In this document: one piece after another, positions 39,815 to 64,000 of the stretch
Numbering within the stretch: position 1 is the stretch's first letter
How the letters are laid out: the number at the start of each line of letters is the position of its first letter
Program-made: the position numbers and the translations under genes
NCBI GenBank assembly: GCA_965153355.1
Contig: OZ231126.1
Coordinates: 868,001 to 932,000 of the forward strand
Length of the DNA stretch: 64,000 nucleotides
DNA from: Flaccisagitta enflata
Lineage: Eukaryota
Direction of reading: 5' to 3'
Notes under the pieces: generated by a model
What the model saw: only the letters and a program-made list of their open reading frames with translations
Told to the model about the DNA's origin: nothing
Databases searched by the model: none

Positions 39815-41843
39815 ACAGGTCCTTGAAGGGCAATATGTAGTTAGCGATACCGTTGCCCTGCTTTACTGATTGTGAATTGGAGTGAGGGAAGCAGGGCAGC
39901 GGCCCCAAAGGGGACGAAGTCCTGTAGAACACAGGGGGACTTTTGTTCGTCCGTTTGTCCAAATCCATCCCCCAGGCCTCTGGAGGATATCTGCCTCTCA
40001 GGCCTAAAAACTGCCCTCTCAGGCTGGGAGGGGAAACATAAAGCCTGAGAGGGCCTGAGAGGGCGGATTTCAGACCTGAGACGGCAAAATTCAGGCCTGA
40101 GAGGGCAGATTCAATGCCTGAGAGTGCAGATTTCAGGCCTGAGAGGGCAGATTCAAGGCCTGAAAATGCATATTTCAGGTCTGAGAGGGTAAATTTCAGC
40201 CCTGAGAGGGTAGATTTCAGGCCTGAGAGGGCCTGGGGGGGACGCACGAACAAACAAACGAACGCACGAACGGACGAACGAAAGTCCCCCTGTGACATCG
40301 TCCCCTTCAGGGCCGCTGCCCAAAAAAAGGAAAAAAAGAATAAATGAAAAAAAGACAAAAAGAAAAAAAAAAGAAATAAAGAAAAAAAGAAATAGTCGCA
40401 AAAGCGTTAGATGGTCAGCGGTACCCGTTGCCCCTTTGTGAGTGTATGTGGGTGTGAGGTGGTTAGAAGGGCAGCGGCCCCAAAGGGGCTGATGACCTAT
40501 GCTGTTTTTATTTGAGCCTCAAGGCTGGAAGTGGGGCCTTTAGGTTGGGATTTGGGCCTTGAATCTGGGATTTGAGCCTTGAGGCTGGGATTTGAGCCTC
40601 AAGGCTGAGATTTGAGCCTTGAGGCTGGGATTTGAGCTTCGAGGCTGGGAGTTGAGCTTCTTGGCTAGGAACTGAGCCATGAGGCTATAATTTGAGCCTC
40701 AAGGCTGGGATTTGAACCTTGAGGCTGGGATTTGAGCCTCGAGGCTGGCATTTGAGCCTCAAGGCTGGGTTTTGAGCCTGGAGGCTGGGATTTGAGGCTC
40801 AAGGCTGGGAGTTGAGCTTTTAGGCTGGATTTGAGCTTTGAGGGCTGGAAAATGAGCCTTCAGACTGGAAAATGAGCCCTGCGACTAGAATTTGAGCTTC
40901 GGTGCCGGGGGGGGGGGGACGGAGGAGAAGAAGGAGAAGGAGGAGAAGGAGGAGGAGGAGAAAATCTCCCATATGTGTGAGAGCATAGGTCATTGGCCCC
41001 TTTGGGGCCGCTGCCCAAAAAGGAAAAATAGAAAGATAGAAAGTAGTAAACAGGTCGCCCAAGGGCAATATGTGGTCAGCGATACCCGTTGCCCTGCTTT
41101 GAGTGATTGTGAATTGAAATGAGGGGAAGCAGGGCAGCGGCCCCGAAGGGGACAAAGTCCTGTAGAACACAGGGGGACTTTCGTTCGTCCTGCCTGAAGA
41201 AGTGGATGATATGCTATAGAGGGCTGACTGAAGGCCTTCAAGAGCCTAAACTGCGGTCTAAGAAGGCTGATGTAAGGCCAGAGAATGTCAATTTGAAGCT
41301 TGAGAGGGCTGACTTGAGGCTTGAGAGCGCTGGATTAAGGCTTGAAAGGCCAGAGGATTGACTTGAAGCCTGAAAGCAATAAAATGAGGCTTAGATGGCT
41401 GATTTGAGGCCTGAGAAGCCTAATTTGAGGCCTGAGAGACCAGGTTGGAGGACTGAGAGGCTGGATTTGAGGCCTGAGAGACCAGGTTGGAGGACTGAGA
41501 GGCTGGATTTGAGGCCTAAGAGACCAGATTTGAGGCCTGAGAGGTCAGGTTTGGTGTCTGAGAGGTTGAATTTGAGGCCTGAGAGGCCAGATTTGAGGAC
41601 TGAGATGCTGGATTTGAGGCCTGAGAGGCTGGGTTAGAGGCCCGAGAGGCCAGATTTGAGGCCTGAGAGGCCAGATTTGAGGCCTGAGAGACCAGATTTG
41701 AGGCCTGAGGGGCTTGATGAGGGGGGGGGACGGACGAATGAACGAACGAACGAACGAACGAACGAACGAACGAACAAACGGACGAACGAAAGTCCCCCTG
41801 TGTTCTACAGGACTCTGTCCCCTTCGGGGCCGCTGCCCAAAAA
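39815..41843 (-). mobile_element. Cluster of three family-B elements (inverted repeats enclosing a 20/21-bp minisatellite)
   Basis: Copies at about 39815-40325, 40393-41020 and 41049-41843, each carrying gggcagcggccccraagggg ... ccccttyggggccgctgccc arms around (gatttgaggcctgagaggcca)n or (gatttgagcctcgaggctgg)n. Others at 4594-4703, 33660-34180, 47503-48044, 51293-51679 and 56550-56980. Confidence 0.75.
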
Positions 41844-42196
41844 GCCCGACCAGGCAACGATGCGTCCTCACTGTGTCTCTGCTAGATTTGGACGGACAAG
41901 CAGATGACGACATGTATAGTATCGAAGAGGCTCTTAAAATATCCTAACGACTTGATACATGACATCCTCGCGGCTGAAAAGTGCCATAAACTGCGATATC
42001 CAAGGAGGCGTGATGGACGGACGGTCGGACGGTCGGACAGACGGACGGACGGATGGACGGACGGACGGACGGACACACCCTCTTATGGAGATGCGAGGAC
42101 GCACCTAAAAAGAAAAAAAAGAAAAAAAGAAAAAAAAAAGAAAAAAAGAAAAAAAGAAAAAAAGAAAAAAAGAAAAAAAGAAAAAAAAAGAAAAAT

Positions 42197-42286
<90 letters not shown>

Positions 42287-42321
42287 GAAGATGGAAAGGA
42301 AATTTGAAGAAAGAAAGATGA

Positions 42322-42404
<83 letters not shown>

Positions 42405-42838
42405 GAAGAAAGAAAGAGTCGCATGACCGTGTCTAAAAAAAGATACTGCATTTATAAAGGTGTCACAGTTTTAAATTTCCAATTTGTTTAGGTTGATTGC
42501 GGAATTTCTTTTCTTTTTTTCTTTCTTTCCTTTTTTTTTAAACGTCGAATTTGTAAGGCTAATTGCGGAACTTCTTTTCTTTGCAAAACTTCTTCTTTTT
42601 TTCCTTTTTTTTTTATCAGTAATGGTACACGTCGTTAAGTTCTTTTAGTTCCTTGTCTCTCCGTGAATTACCCAAAGCCGAATTCTTATCTGAAAATGAG
42701 GAGGGCACTAAAGGCTAATTCTCAAACCACTCAAGGCCGAATCGGTCTAGGGTGGATTCAGTTTTCAGTGCCCTTAGAGTTGATTTCAATTCTACTTAAA
42801 AAAAAAAGAAAAAAAGAATTACCGTGAAAAATCAAGAC

Positions 42839-43413
42839 TTAACAGTGGCAAAATAAAAAAAGAGACAAAATGTTTTTCAATGTTTCACATTAATCAAATG
42901 AGAAAAACATAGCAAAACCCATTTGAAAGCTCTTCGAAAGATCTTTGAAATGAGACCATGCTGGTTGTCATAGCTTTATTTCTTTAGAAATGACATAAGA
43001 ATGAAGAGTAGATGGTCAAAAGTGAAACTTTTTGTTAGTTCATAAAAAACATGAAAAAAAGATTTAGTTGAACTTTTTTTTCAACTTCGTTTCAAAGATT
43101 TTTAAATTTTCTTTCATTTAAGACCAATCTCAGATTTGTAACTCAAACCGTTTAAGAGTTACAGCTCCTCAAAGTGAACAACTTCTTTTCAAAACCTTTT
43201 AAATTCAGTTGCATCCCAAAATTGAATATAGCAATGTTTTTATTCATTCTTGTGCCATTTCTAAACGAATAAAGCTAGAATAACCAGCAATGTCTCATTT
43301 GAAAGATCTTTTGCAGAACTTTCAAACGGTCACTGATTTTTTATAGTTTAAATCTTCAGTTCAGCACAAATCAGCTAAACAAGTTGTCTCTTTTTTTATT
43401 TTGCCACTGTTAA
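42839..43413. mobile_element. Foldback MITE
   Basis: ttaacagtggcaaaataaaaaaagagacaa ... ttgtctctttttttattttgccactgttaa. Confidence 0.7.
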
Positions 43414-43869
43414 TTTGCAATGAGCATTGTTAACCCCTAGCTAGTCTTCAATAAGGAGGTAGATATCATCAGGCTTTTTGAACCCCCTGAGAGTGTTTAA
43501 AAAAACAAAAAAACAAATTGAACAGAAGTACACTCGAATTGGGGGCATACACTGAATCACGAAATTCATGCTTAAGTTAAAATTATTTCAACTGAAGCAC
43601 GCCCAAGTGCTTCAGTGGAATGAGAAATGTTTTTTGAGCTTCAGTGGGATGGAACATAACTGATTTTTGTCACAGTAAAAAAGATTGAAGAAATATTTTT
43701 TTCATCTGAAGAAATAAAAAAAATCCACTTTTTTTTTTCACCTCCCTCTATTTCTTGTTGATATCAGAAAAAAAAAAATTTCAACAACAACTTAATTTTT
43801 GTCCCTTGAAAAAAACAAGCCCAACAGGCCAACAGTCGCGTGCTAAGTTACACAAAACTATACAACTTC

Positions 43870-44126
43870 ATACTACACACAACTGCATAACTTCATACTA
43901 CATACTTAACATACTACATACTTACTTACTACATACTTACATACTACATACTTACATACATACTTACATACTTACATACTTACATAATTACATACTTACC
44001 TAATTACATACTTACATATTTACATACTTACATACATACTTACATATTTACTTACATACTTACATACTACATACATACTTACATACTTACATACTTACTT
44101 ACATACTTACTTACATACTTACTTAC

Positions 44127-44157
<31 letters not shown>

Positions 44158-44158
44158 C

Positions 44159-44189
<31 letters not shown>

Positions 44190-44318
44190 CATACTTACAT
44201 ACATACTTATTTACATACTTACTTACATACTTACTTACATACTTACATACTTACTTACTTACATACTTACATACTTACTTACATACTTACATAAATACTT
44301 ACATACATACATACATAC

Positions 44319-44349
<31 letters not shown>

Positions 44350-45580
44350 CATACTTACTTTGATACTTAGATACTTACATACTTACATACTTACATACTT
44401 ACATACTTACTTACTTACTTACTTACTTACATACTTACATACTTAAATACATACATACATACATACATACATACATACATACATACATACATACATACAT
44501 ACTTACATACATACATACTTACATACATACATACTTACATACATACATACTTACATAATTACCTACATACATACTTACATACATACTTACATACTTACAT
44601 ACTTACATACTTACCTACATACTCACATACTTACATACTTACATAATTACTTACTTCCATACTTACTTACTTACATACTTACATACTTACATATTTACAT
44701 ATATAATTACTTACATACTTACATACTTACTTACATACTTACATACTTACTTACTTACATACTTACTTACATACATACTTACTTACATACTTACCACATA
44801 CTATACATATTTACATATATATTACATGCATTACATACTTACTTACATACCTACTTACTTACATACTTGCTTACATACTTACATACCTACATACATACAT
44901 ACTTACCTACATACTCACATACTTACATACTTACATACTTACATACTTACCTACATACTCACTTACATACTTATGTACTTACATACTTACTTACATACTT
45001 ACATACTTACATACTTACATACTTACATACATACTTACCTACATACTCACATACTTACATACTTACCTACATACTCACATACTTACATACTTACTTACTT
45101 ACATACTTATATACTTACATACTTACATGTTTACATACTTACATACATGCATGCTTACTTACTTACATACTTACATACTTACTTACATACTTACATACAT
45201 ACTTACTTACATACTTGCATACTTACTTACATACTTACATACTACAACTTCATACTTCATAACGTCTGTCCCAAAAAAAGTTACATTCTGAACCAATAAC
45301 GAGTGTCCAATAAAAAGTTGACAAAATACCCAAAATACCCAAAAATACCCAATGATACCCAAAAATACCCAAAAATACCCAAAAACACTTAAAAATACCC
45401 ATTAACACTCAAAAATACTAAAAATACCCAACAGTACTCAAAAATATCTGAAAGTACCCTAAAATACCGAAAGTACCCTAAAATAACTTAAGTACCCTAA
45501 AATACCCTGAAGTACCCTGAAGTACCCAGAAATACCCTAGAGTACCTTAAAATACCTTAAAAAATCCAAAAAATACCCTA
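43870..45580. repeat. (ACAT/ACTT)n satellite followed by a 10-bp AAAATACCCA-type array, inside a family-A element (43812-45686)
   Basis: Arrays are directly visible; bounded by aaacaagcccaac...gtcgcgtgc and agagtcgcgtgcacgcgactaaaa. Confidence 0.85.
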
Positions 45581-45849
45581 AAAGTCAAAAATTTAGAAAT
45601 ATTTGTGACGGACGGACGGACGGACGGACGGACGGACGGACCGACCAACAGACCAAGGTGTAGAGTCGCGTGCACGCGACTAAAAATTGCAGGTAAGAAA
45701 ATTGGGGTACATATCGTTGTTCCGAATTTGGAGCCCTGAGATGTCCCATTTTGATTGTTTTCTTGATGTTCCTAATTCTGAGCAGTGAGATAATGTATTA
45801 TCACTGTTCCTAATTTTCTTTATTACTTTCTTTTCTCCCTCTTTCTCTT

Positions 45850-45987
<138 letters not shown>

Positions 45988-46523
45988 TCCTGGCTTATGT
46001 TAAAACAATTGGTCCAGATATAAGTATGCATAAAAACAAAATAAAATGTTAAGCAAGGAATTTTATGTTACACAATTTTATGTTATGTTAAGCAATTTTA
46101 TGTTATGTTAAGCAATTTTATGTTATGTTAAGCAATTTTATGTTAAGCAAGAAATAATAAAGATATTTTGGAGAAAAAATATCTAGCATTTTTGCTTGAT
46201 AATGTCATTTTAAAAAAAAAATCATTTAGTTCTTAGGCAAAACTTAAAACCATATTTTGTGTCCTGAAACAGTGTCTTTTTTGCTTTTAAGCTTTTATAT
46301 CTTTACCTTAAAATAATATAAAAATGACTAGTTTGTTTTTGATGCTTTAAAAATTTTGAATCACAGTTCAACATGGAATTGATATTGTTTTTAAGTTGCA
46401 TACTATGCTACTCCTGGGCCGGATTAACCCTGTGCGGGGCCCTGGGGCACTCCAATGAGCGGGGCCCCCCATTGTCCCCCCTCCAATTTTAGCAAGCAGA
46501 GAGAGAGACAGACAGAGAGAGAC

Positions 46524-46586
<63 letters not shown>

Positions 46587-46591
46587 GAGAC

Positions 46592-46795
<204 letters not shown>

Positions 46796-47341
46796 CATAT
46801 AACAGTGAAAACCAAAGAATAAAGAAAAGATTACTGATTCTCAGTGCTCCAAATTTGGAGCACTGAGAAAATACGATTTTTAGGAGCACTGAGACTTTGT
46901 AACCTCGGAGCACCGCGTCGCGCCCAAAAATTGTTTTCCTTAAGAGACACAAAAATCTAAATGATAGGAAAAAGATTAACAATAAAAACAAAATTCATGA
47001 AAAAAAAGATTGCAGGTAAAACTTTTTTTCCTTCAAAGACAAAAAAATTGACATGATAGGAAATATTTACAATGAAAACAAGATTGATAAGGAAAAAAAA
47101 TTAGAGATATTCAAAAATATCAGTTTAGAAAGGAAAAAAAAACCTCTTTTGTTTCAATTAAAGAAATCAAATAAATTTCTTATTTCACTGAAATGGTTGC
47201 ACTCAATCATTGCAGTATGAAAAAAGGTAAAGAGTCAATCCACTAAAGCACGAATTCCAACTTTGTGCTCCAGTGGAATAGGCCTCTTTTCCAGATCAGA
47301 GTTAGTGATTCAGTGAATAGGCTCTCAAATTGGCCAAGCGT

Positions 47342-47433
<92 letters not shown>

Positions 47434-48904
47434 TCATGTCCCTTGGTCCGCTGGTTGGATAAGATTTGTACAGTGCGACGCAACAAGTTGTAAAAGATGT
47501 AACTAGTCATCCAAGGATCGCAGATGGTCAGCGGTACCCGATGCCCTGCAGGGAGTTATCCAGTGATAAAGTGGAGTGAGAGCAGGGGCCCATGTCTTGT
47601 GGGGGGAATTTCCAGACGTCCTGGGGGGGCATATTTCAGGCCGTAGATTATTGATTTTGGCCACTGAGGGCATAGTTGAAGGCTGAAGGGCAGATTTGAG
47701 GTTTTGAGGGCAAATTTGAGCCATAGAGGGCTGGTTTGATGCTGTAGAGGCTAATTGAAGGTCTGGAGGTCAGATTTGAGGTCTGAAGGTCAGATTTGAG
47801 GCTGAGGGGCTGATTAGAAGCCTGGAAGGCTGATTTCAGGCCTCAAAGGCTAAATTTAGGGCTGGGAAGGCAAATTTGAGGTCTTGATGGCCAATAGGGG
47901 GGGGGATGGAAGGACGGAAGGACGGAAGGACGGAAGGACAGAAGGACAGGATGGAAGGACGGAAGGACGGAAGGATGGACGAACGTCTGGAAATTCCCCC
48001 CTGTGTTCTACAGGACATTGGCCCTTTGGGGCCGCTGCCCAAAAAGAATGATTGTATCTTTCTTCATTGCACAAGACCAGATCTTTTTCATTTTTTTAAC
48101 CTCATTTTATGCCATTGAACTTTAACAGCTTGACTGCTGAGTGCCAAGCATCTCAGCAATAATGCAACAACTTCCTAAAATTTTCAAACCCAAATGAAAA
48201 GAAAGGAAGAATTTGGTTTTCACTATCAGTCAGTGCGTGGAAAATGCTTGATTTTGCTCATAGATATCATCCCGATTAGTTAAAATTAAGCTGACATGCA
48301 ATTTCATAAACAAAATCAGTGAATATATCTATATCGCTTGGCACTGCAAGATGACATCATTAACTTTAAAACACTCGTGAATCTGTATAAACATAGACAA
48401 AAACATCCGTAATAATTTTTGCGTGTAACCCGCTCCAACGGACCCGCTTTTAATGGGATTCCGCATTTACCATTTAAGATTTTATGTTCCCATGAAATCC
48501 CTTAGAGTCGGGTTTGACTTTAAGTCTTCCCCCGCCCAACCATCCAAATAGAATAGTTAAATCAATGTAACAATCATTTTTGTCGAGTACATGTTTTCAT
48601 GGAAGACTTCCCCTGGTGGAAGACTAATGACTATCATAGATATTGATTATCAAAAAAAAAGTTGATGTTTTTGGATGCAATATGCAAGTGTCAATGTTGT
48701 CAATGTGATCTTTTCATTACAAAATTCCCTCCATCTTTAGTTCAGCAGAGGACGCAACAGTTGACAACAACCCATTTGGCCAAGTTTTAAACCGCTCCTT
48801 CTTCGTCATGGGGAAGTAACTAGAAAGAGAGACCTTGAACTCACAAATCGGATGATAGGGGCACGATGTTGAAGGTTGCCTCGTGATACCGCGCGCCGGG
48901 CACG

Positions 48905-48945
48905 TATAAAAGCCACCCTCTCATTGCGCATCCCTCTCATTTTGT
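48905..48945 (+). promoter_or_regulatory. Candidate TATA box and initiator for the HoxX-like gene
   Basis: GC-rich stretch, then TATAAAAG (48905-48912), TCATTTT about 32 nt downstream, and a possible UTR-exon donor aat|gtaatc near 49034. Confidence 0.3.
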
Positions 48946-49035
48946 CCTGCACCTTTCTCCTCGTCGCGCTTCGATTCGATTTGCATGACTTGAACCAATT
49001 GCCATATAGCATAAGCCTGGGTCATAATCAGAATG

Positions 49036-49092
<57 letters not shown>

Positions 49093-49312
49093 ATATGAAA
49101 GTCGGACAACATTTTTCACCAATCAATCAATCAATCAATCAATCCGTCATATGTACAATGTCTTGTATTGTTTTTTCTTCAAGAGGTAGTTCCAAAAGCA
49201 AATTTATCGGTTAATTGGTAATTCTTTATGCAGTTATCGATCAGTCAACTGCTCCTGCCCCTCCTCCTCCTCTTCTTTATCCTCTCTCTCTTTTTCTTTC
49301 TTGATTTTGATA

Positions 49313-49885
49313 CAGTAGATGTCGTCTAGAGTTGGAAATACGGGGGAATTCATTACAAGAAGACAAATATGTTTAAAAGACTGATATTTAGAATATAAAC
49401 TAATCAAAGGATGTTTTATTGCCCATGGGTGTTGGTTGCCATGGAAACACATTTCCATATATTCATGCTAAAGTATCAATATTTTGAGAAATTTTTTGAC
49501 GGAACATTGTTTAGAATAAAATTTGCTACAACTTTCCCACAATATGTTCTGTAAGAATATTGCTCGTTTAGTCATTGCTAAGGAGCGTAACTATGTGTGA
49601 CAGCCCCGTGATGCTCCCTAGCAATCGCCAAACGAGCGATATTCTCACAGAACATATTGTGGGAAGGTTGTAGCAAATTTTATTTTAAACACTGTTCCCT
49701 AAAAAATTTCTCAAAATATCGATGTTTTAGCCAGGATACATAGAAATGTGTTTTCAGGGCAACTAACACCCATATGCAATAAAGCATCCTTTTATTAGTT
49801 TATACTTCAAATATCAGTCTTTCAAGTTCATTTGTCTTCCTGTTATGAATTCCCCCGTATTTCCAAGTCTAGACAACATCTACTG
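49313..49885. mobile_element. TA-flanked foldback MITE (CAGTAGAT family)
   Basis: TA|CAGTAGATGTCGTCTAGAGTTGGAAATACGGGG ... CCCCGTATTTCCAAGTCTAGACAACATCTACTG|TA. Confidence 0.8.
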
Positions 49886-50246
49886 TACAATTTCCTTTAT
49901 GATCGTTACCTAATGTATTGGAATGTAAAAGAATGATTGATGCCTTGTCTTTGAAATGGTATGTTATGACAATGGTTCCATTAAAAGAGTTGCTAAAACT
50001 CTTTATGATAGAACCAATGTTGGGTTGGCAGCTTTTTTCGTTCAGGATTTCTATAATTTCTTTTGGATACAATTTTTGAGCATTGGTTTAAATATGGACG
50101 TTAAGTCGATTTTCGTATCGGGTTCGACTTTTTGGCGCCTAAATCTAGAATGTCGCAGTATATCGACATCACAAAATTTATTTCCACCCATCCAGACTTA
50201 TTTCTATTTATTTCATTTTTATTTTATTTTTTTTTTATTTTTATTC

Positions 50247-50346
<100 letters not shown>

Positions 50347-50708
50347 TTCATTTTTATTCTTTAGTCTTATTTTTATTTTTATTTTTATTTTTATCTTTAT
50401 TTTTATTTATATTTTTATTTTTATTTTTATTTTTATTTTTATTTTTATTTTCATTTCTATTTTTATTTTCATTTATTTATTTATTTCATTTATTTATTTA
50501 TTTTTATTTTTATTATTTTTATTTTACTTTTATCTATTTCTACTTATTTCAGACTTATTTCAGGGCATAATTGAAACTTGTTCTCTCCAAATTTGCGACT
50601 TTACAATTTGGAAGACTGTCTTTTCGACAAAACCTAATGGGATAGAAGAGAGTGAATTAGTCTTCTAATTATCTCAAATCGCAAATCGTGGTGCATCAAA
50701 GGGTGAAA

Positions 50709-61774
<11,066 letters not shown>

Positions 61775-61979
61775 GTAACATTAACAATAATTTCCCGTAA
61801 CAATCGCGTTTTAAACGGTCGCTCGCGACGTTCGTTCGCTCGCACCGCTCACTCCGATCAGTCGCTACACATGTTCCACTCACAGCTCCATTTAAGGGTT
61901 TGCTCACTCACATTGCTCACTCCCTCATGAGATAATTGAAATTCATAAATATGTATTCATGTTGAAAACAAGTTTCATG

Positions 61980-62455
61980 AGAACAATTGAGATTCTTGTC
62001 GTCAGCAGAAACACTCCCTGGAGAGATAGAGATAGAGACATGAGAAAAAAAGGGTATTGAGACAAAGATAGAGACATACAAATTAACGGAAACAATCGAG
62101 ATTCTTGTCGTCAGCAGATACACTCCCTGGAGAGATAGAGATAGAGACATGAGAAAAAAAGGGTATTGAGACAAAGATAGAGACATACAAATTAACGGAA
62201 ACAATCGAGATTCTTGTCGTCAGCAGATACACTCCCTGGAGAGATAGAGATAGAGACATGAGAAAAAAAGGGTATTGAGACAAAGATAGAGACATACAAA
62301 TTAACGGAAACAATCGAGATTCTTGTCGTCAGCAGATACACTCCCTGGAGAGATAGAGATAGAGACATGAGAAAAAAAGGGTAATGAGACAAAGATAGAG
62401 ACATACAAATTAACGGAAACAATCGAGATTCTTGTCGTCAGTATAAACACACCCA
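61980..62455. repeat. 109-bp tandem repeat (4 to 4.5 copies) built from a MITE end plus flank; related array in reverse at 34878-35190
   Basis: Unit aacaatcgagattcttgtcgtcagcagatacactccctggagagatagagatagagacatgagaaaaaaagggtattgagacaaagatagagacatacaaattaacgga. Confidence 0.85.
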
Positions 62456-62747
62456 TTGACGCGTTTTCCAACTACGGGTTCTGTCCTACCAAGATTCTGG
62501 GCGTGTTTCTAGTGGAGACAAAAAACGTGTTTTTTCCTGTGAAACGCGATCACAGCGTGAATAAGGCCTTGCGGGTTTGGCCGTGAGAAGGCCGAGGCTC
62601 GGTTTTGTGGCCAAACCCGAAATTCGGTTTTGCTTACAAAACTGAACTTGTTTTCTAAGAGTTTTTTGCTTCTATATCATTCTTTCATTCTTCCACTCCT
62701 CAAACTATTTTCTGTTTTTTTTTTCTCATCTTTATGATCATATTATA

Positions 62748-62838
<91 letters not shown>

Positions 62839-64000
62839 TTTTTTTTGTTTTTTTTTCTTATTATGTTGTTCAAACAAATTCTTTTTTCCTTCTTGCTCAC
62901 ATTTTTTGCTGTCTCACTATGTCTATGTCTGTTTGTTCTTTTTCTATTTTGTTTCTCTTTTTTTTTCCCTTTTTTAGTCGCGTGCACGCGACTCTACACC
63001 CCGCTTGGGTGCTTCGCATAGCAAAAGTTGGTTATTTCTTTTCGCCCTCTTTACCTTATGTGGAGTGACCAATTTTAGGACCCTTACCATTTTTGTTTTA
63101 TCAAAAATCGTTCATCTTCCATTTTTTAGAAAATTGCTTTTGAGGACCTAATTTGCATAATGCAGTGGGATAAAACAATATGCTGACATTGTTTGAATCA
63201 GCTTTTATAATTTTTTACTCTTCACAGAATTACTATTCTGTCTTTTAATTTGCTCTTTCATAACTGATGTTCTGATATTTTAGCTTTTTTTTTATACATC
63301 ATGATTTTTTAAAACAAAAAATTGTCCTTTTTGTAACAAAACTACACAGGATTTTGCTGAATTCTGGGAAATCAGTGGAAACTTTAAGGCCAAAACAAAA
63401 ACGGAAGATGAAGGAATTTTGAAAAAAAGAAAATGATCATCTTCATGATTTTTACTCCTCCACATTACCTTAGTAGGGTGAAGGGATACTCCCAACTTTT
63501 GCTATGCGAAGCACCCAACCCGCTTTGTCGGTCCGTCCGTCGGTCCGTCCGTCGGTCCGTCCGTCGGTCCGTCGGTCCGTCACACTTTACTTTTTTTGTA
63601 ATAAAGCATCAACTCTTAGGTCATTTTAAGTCTTTTTTAGTCATTAATAGTTATTCTAAGTCATTTTGAGTCATTCTAAGTCATTTTAAGTTATTCAAAG
63701 TCATTTTAAGTTATCTTAAGTCATTTTTGGTCGTTGGGTTTTTTAGACATTTTAAGTCCTTTTTGGACATTTTAAGTCATTCTAAGTCATTCTAAGTCAT
63801 TCTAAGTCATTTTAAGTCATTCTAAGTCCTTCTTACCCTGTAAATCTCGCACGCGACTTATAGGTGTTGGCCTTGTTTTCTTTCATTTCTTTTTTCTATC
63901 TATTTTTTTCTCACTTTAATTGAAAAACCGATATAAGCCCGACATAAACCCGAGGAAAGGTTTTGGGGTATTCCGAACCCGAACCTAAACCGAGGAAAAA

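Noticed and set aside
41395-41913. RPERPDL-repeat ORFs
   Set aside because: They are translations of the 21-bp minisatellite inside family-B elements.
43870-45260. Telomere-like repeat
   Set aside because: It is an irregular ACAT/ACTT mixture inside a dispersed element, not a uniform telomeric motif.

Overview
This is repeat-rich, intron-containing eukaryotic DNA, most likely from a marine invertebrate. That placement is inferred from a pannexin-type channel gene, a CD225 gene and a HoxX-like gene, and the species cannot be determined. I spliced four genes by hand. (1) A minus-strand coiled-coil protein with an RG-rich tail (284-5844). (2) A complete 7-exon pannexin/innexin-family gene (minus, 13823-26357, about 541 aa). 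(3) A 3-exon Pro-rich CD225/dispanin gene (minus, 36074-37966) whose first intron is essentially a hAT-type MITE with no in-frame canonical GT donor. (4) The first five coding exons of a HypX/HoxX homologue (plus, 50709-61774, continuing past the window); the bacterial enzyme makes CO for [NiFe]-hydrogenase, and its His/Asp/Asp catalytic spacing is intact here. A fifth, unresolved minus-strand gene probably lies at about 6330-13400. The most striking structural pattern is what I call 'splice-junction echoes'. In three unrelated genes, an exon end plus its splice site is tandemly copied (1 to about 45 times) into the adjacent intron. The three donor-side arrays are spaced by the local microsatellite. 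The long ORFs in the ORF track are by-products of these arrays and of microsatellites. The rest is Helentron/DINE-1-like elements, foldback MITEs and simple repeats.
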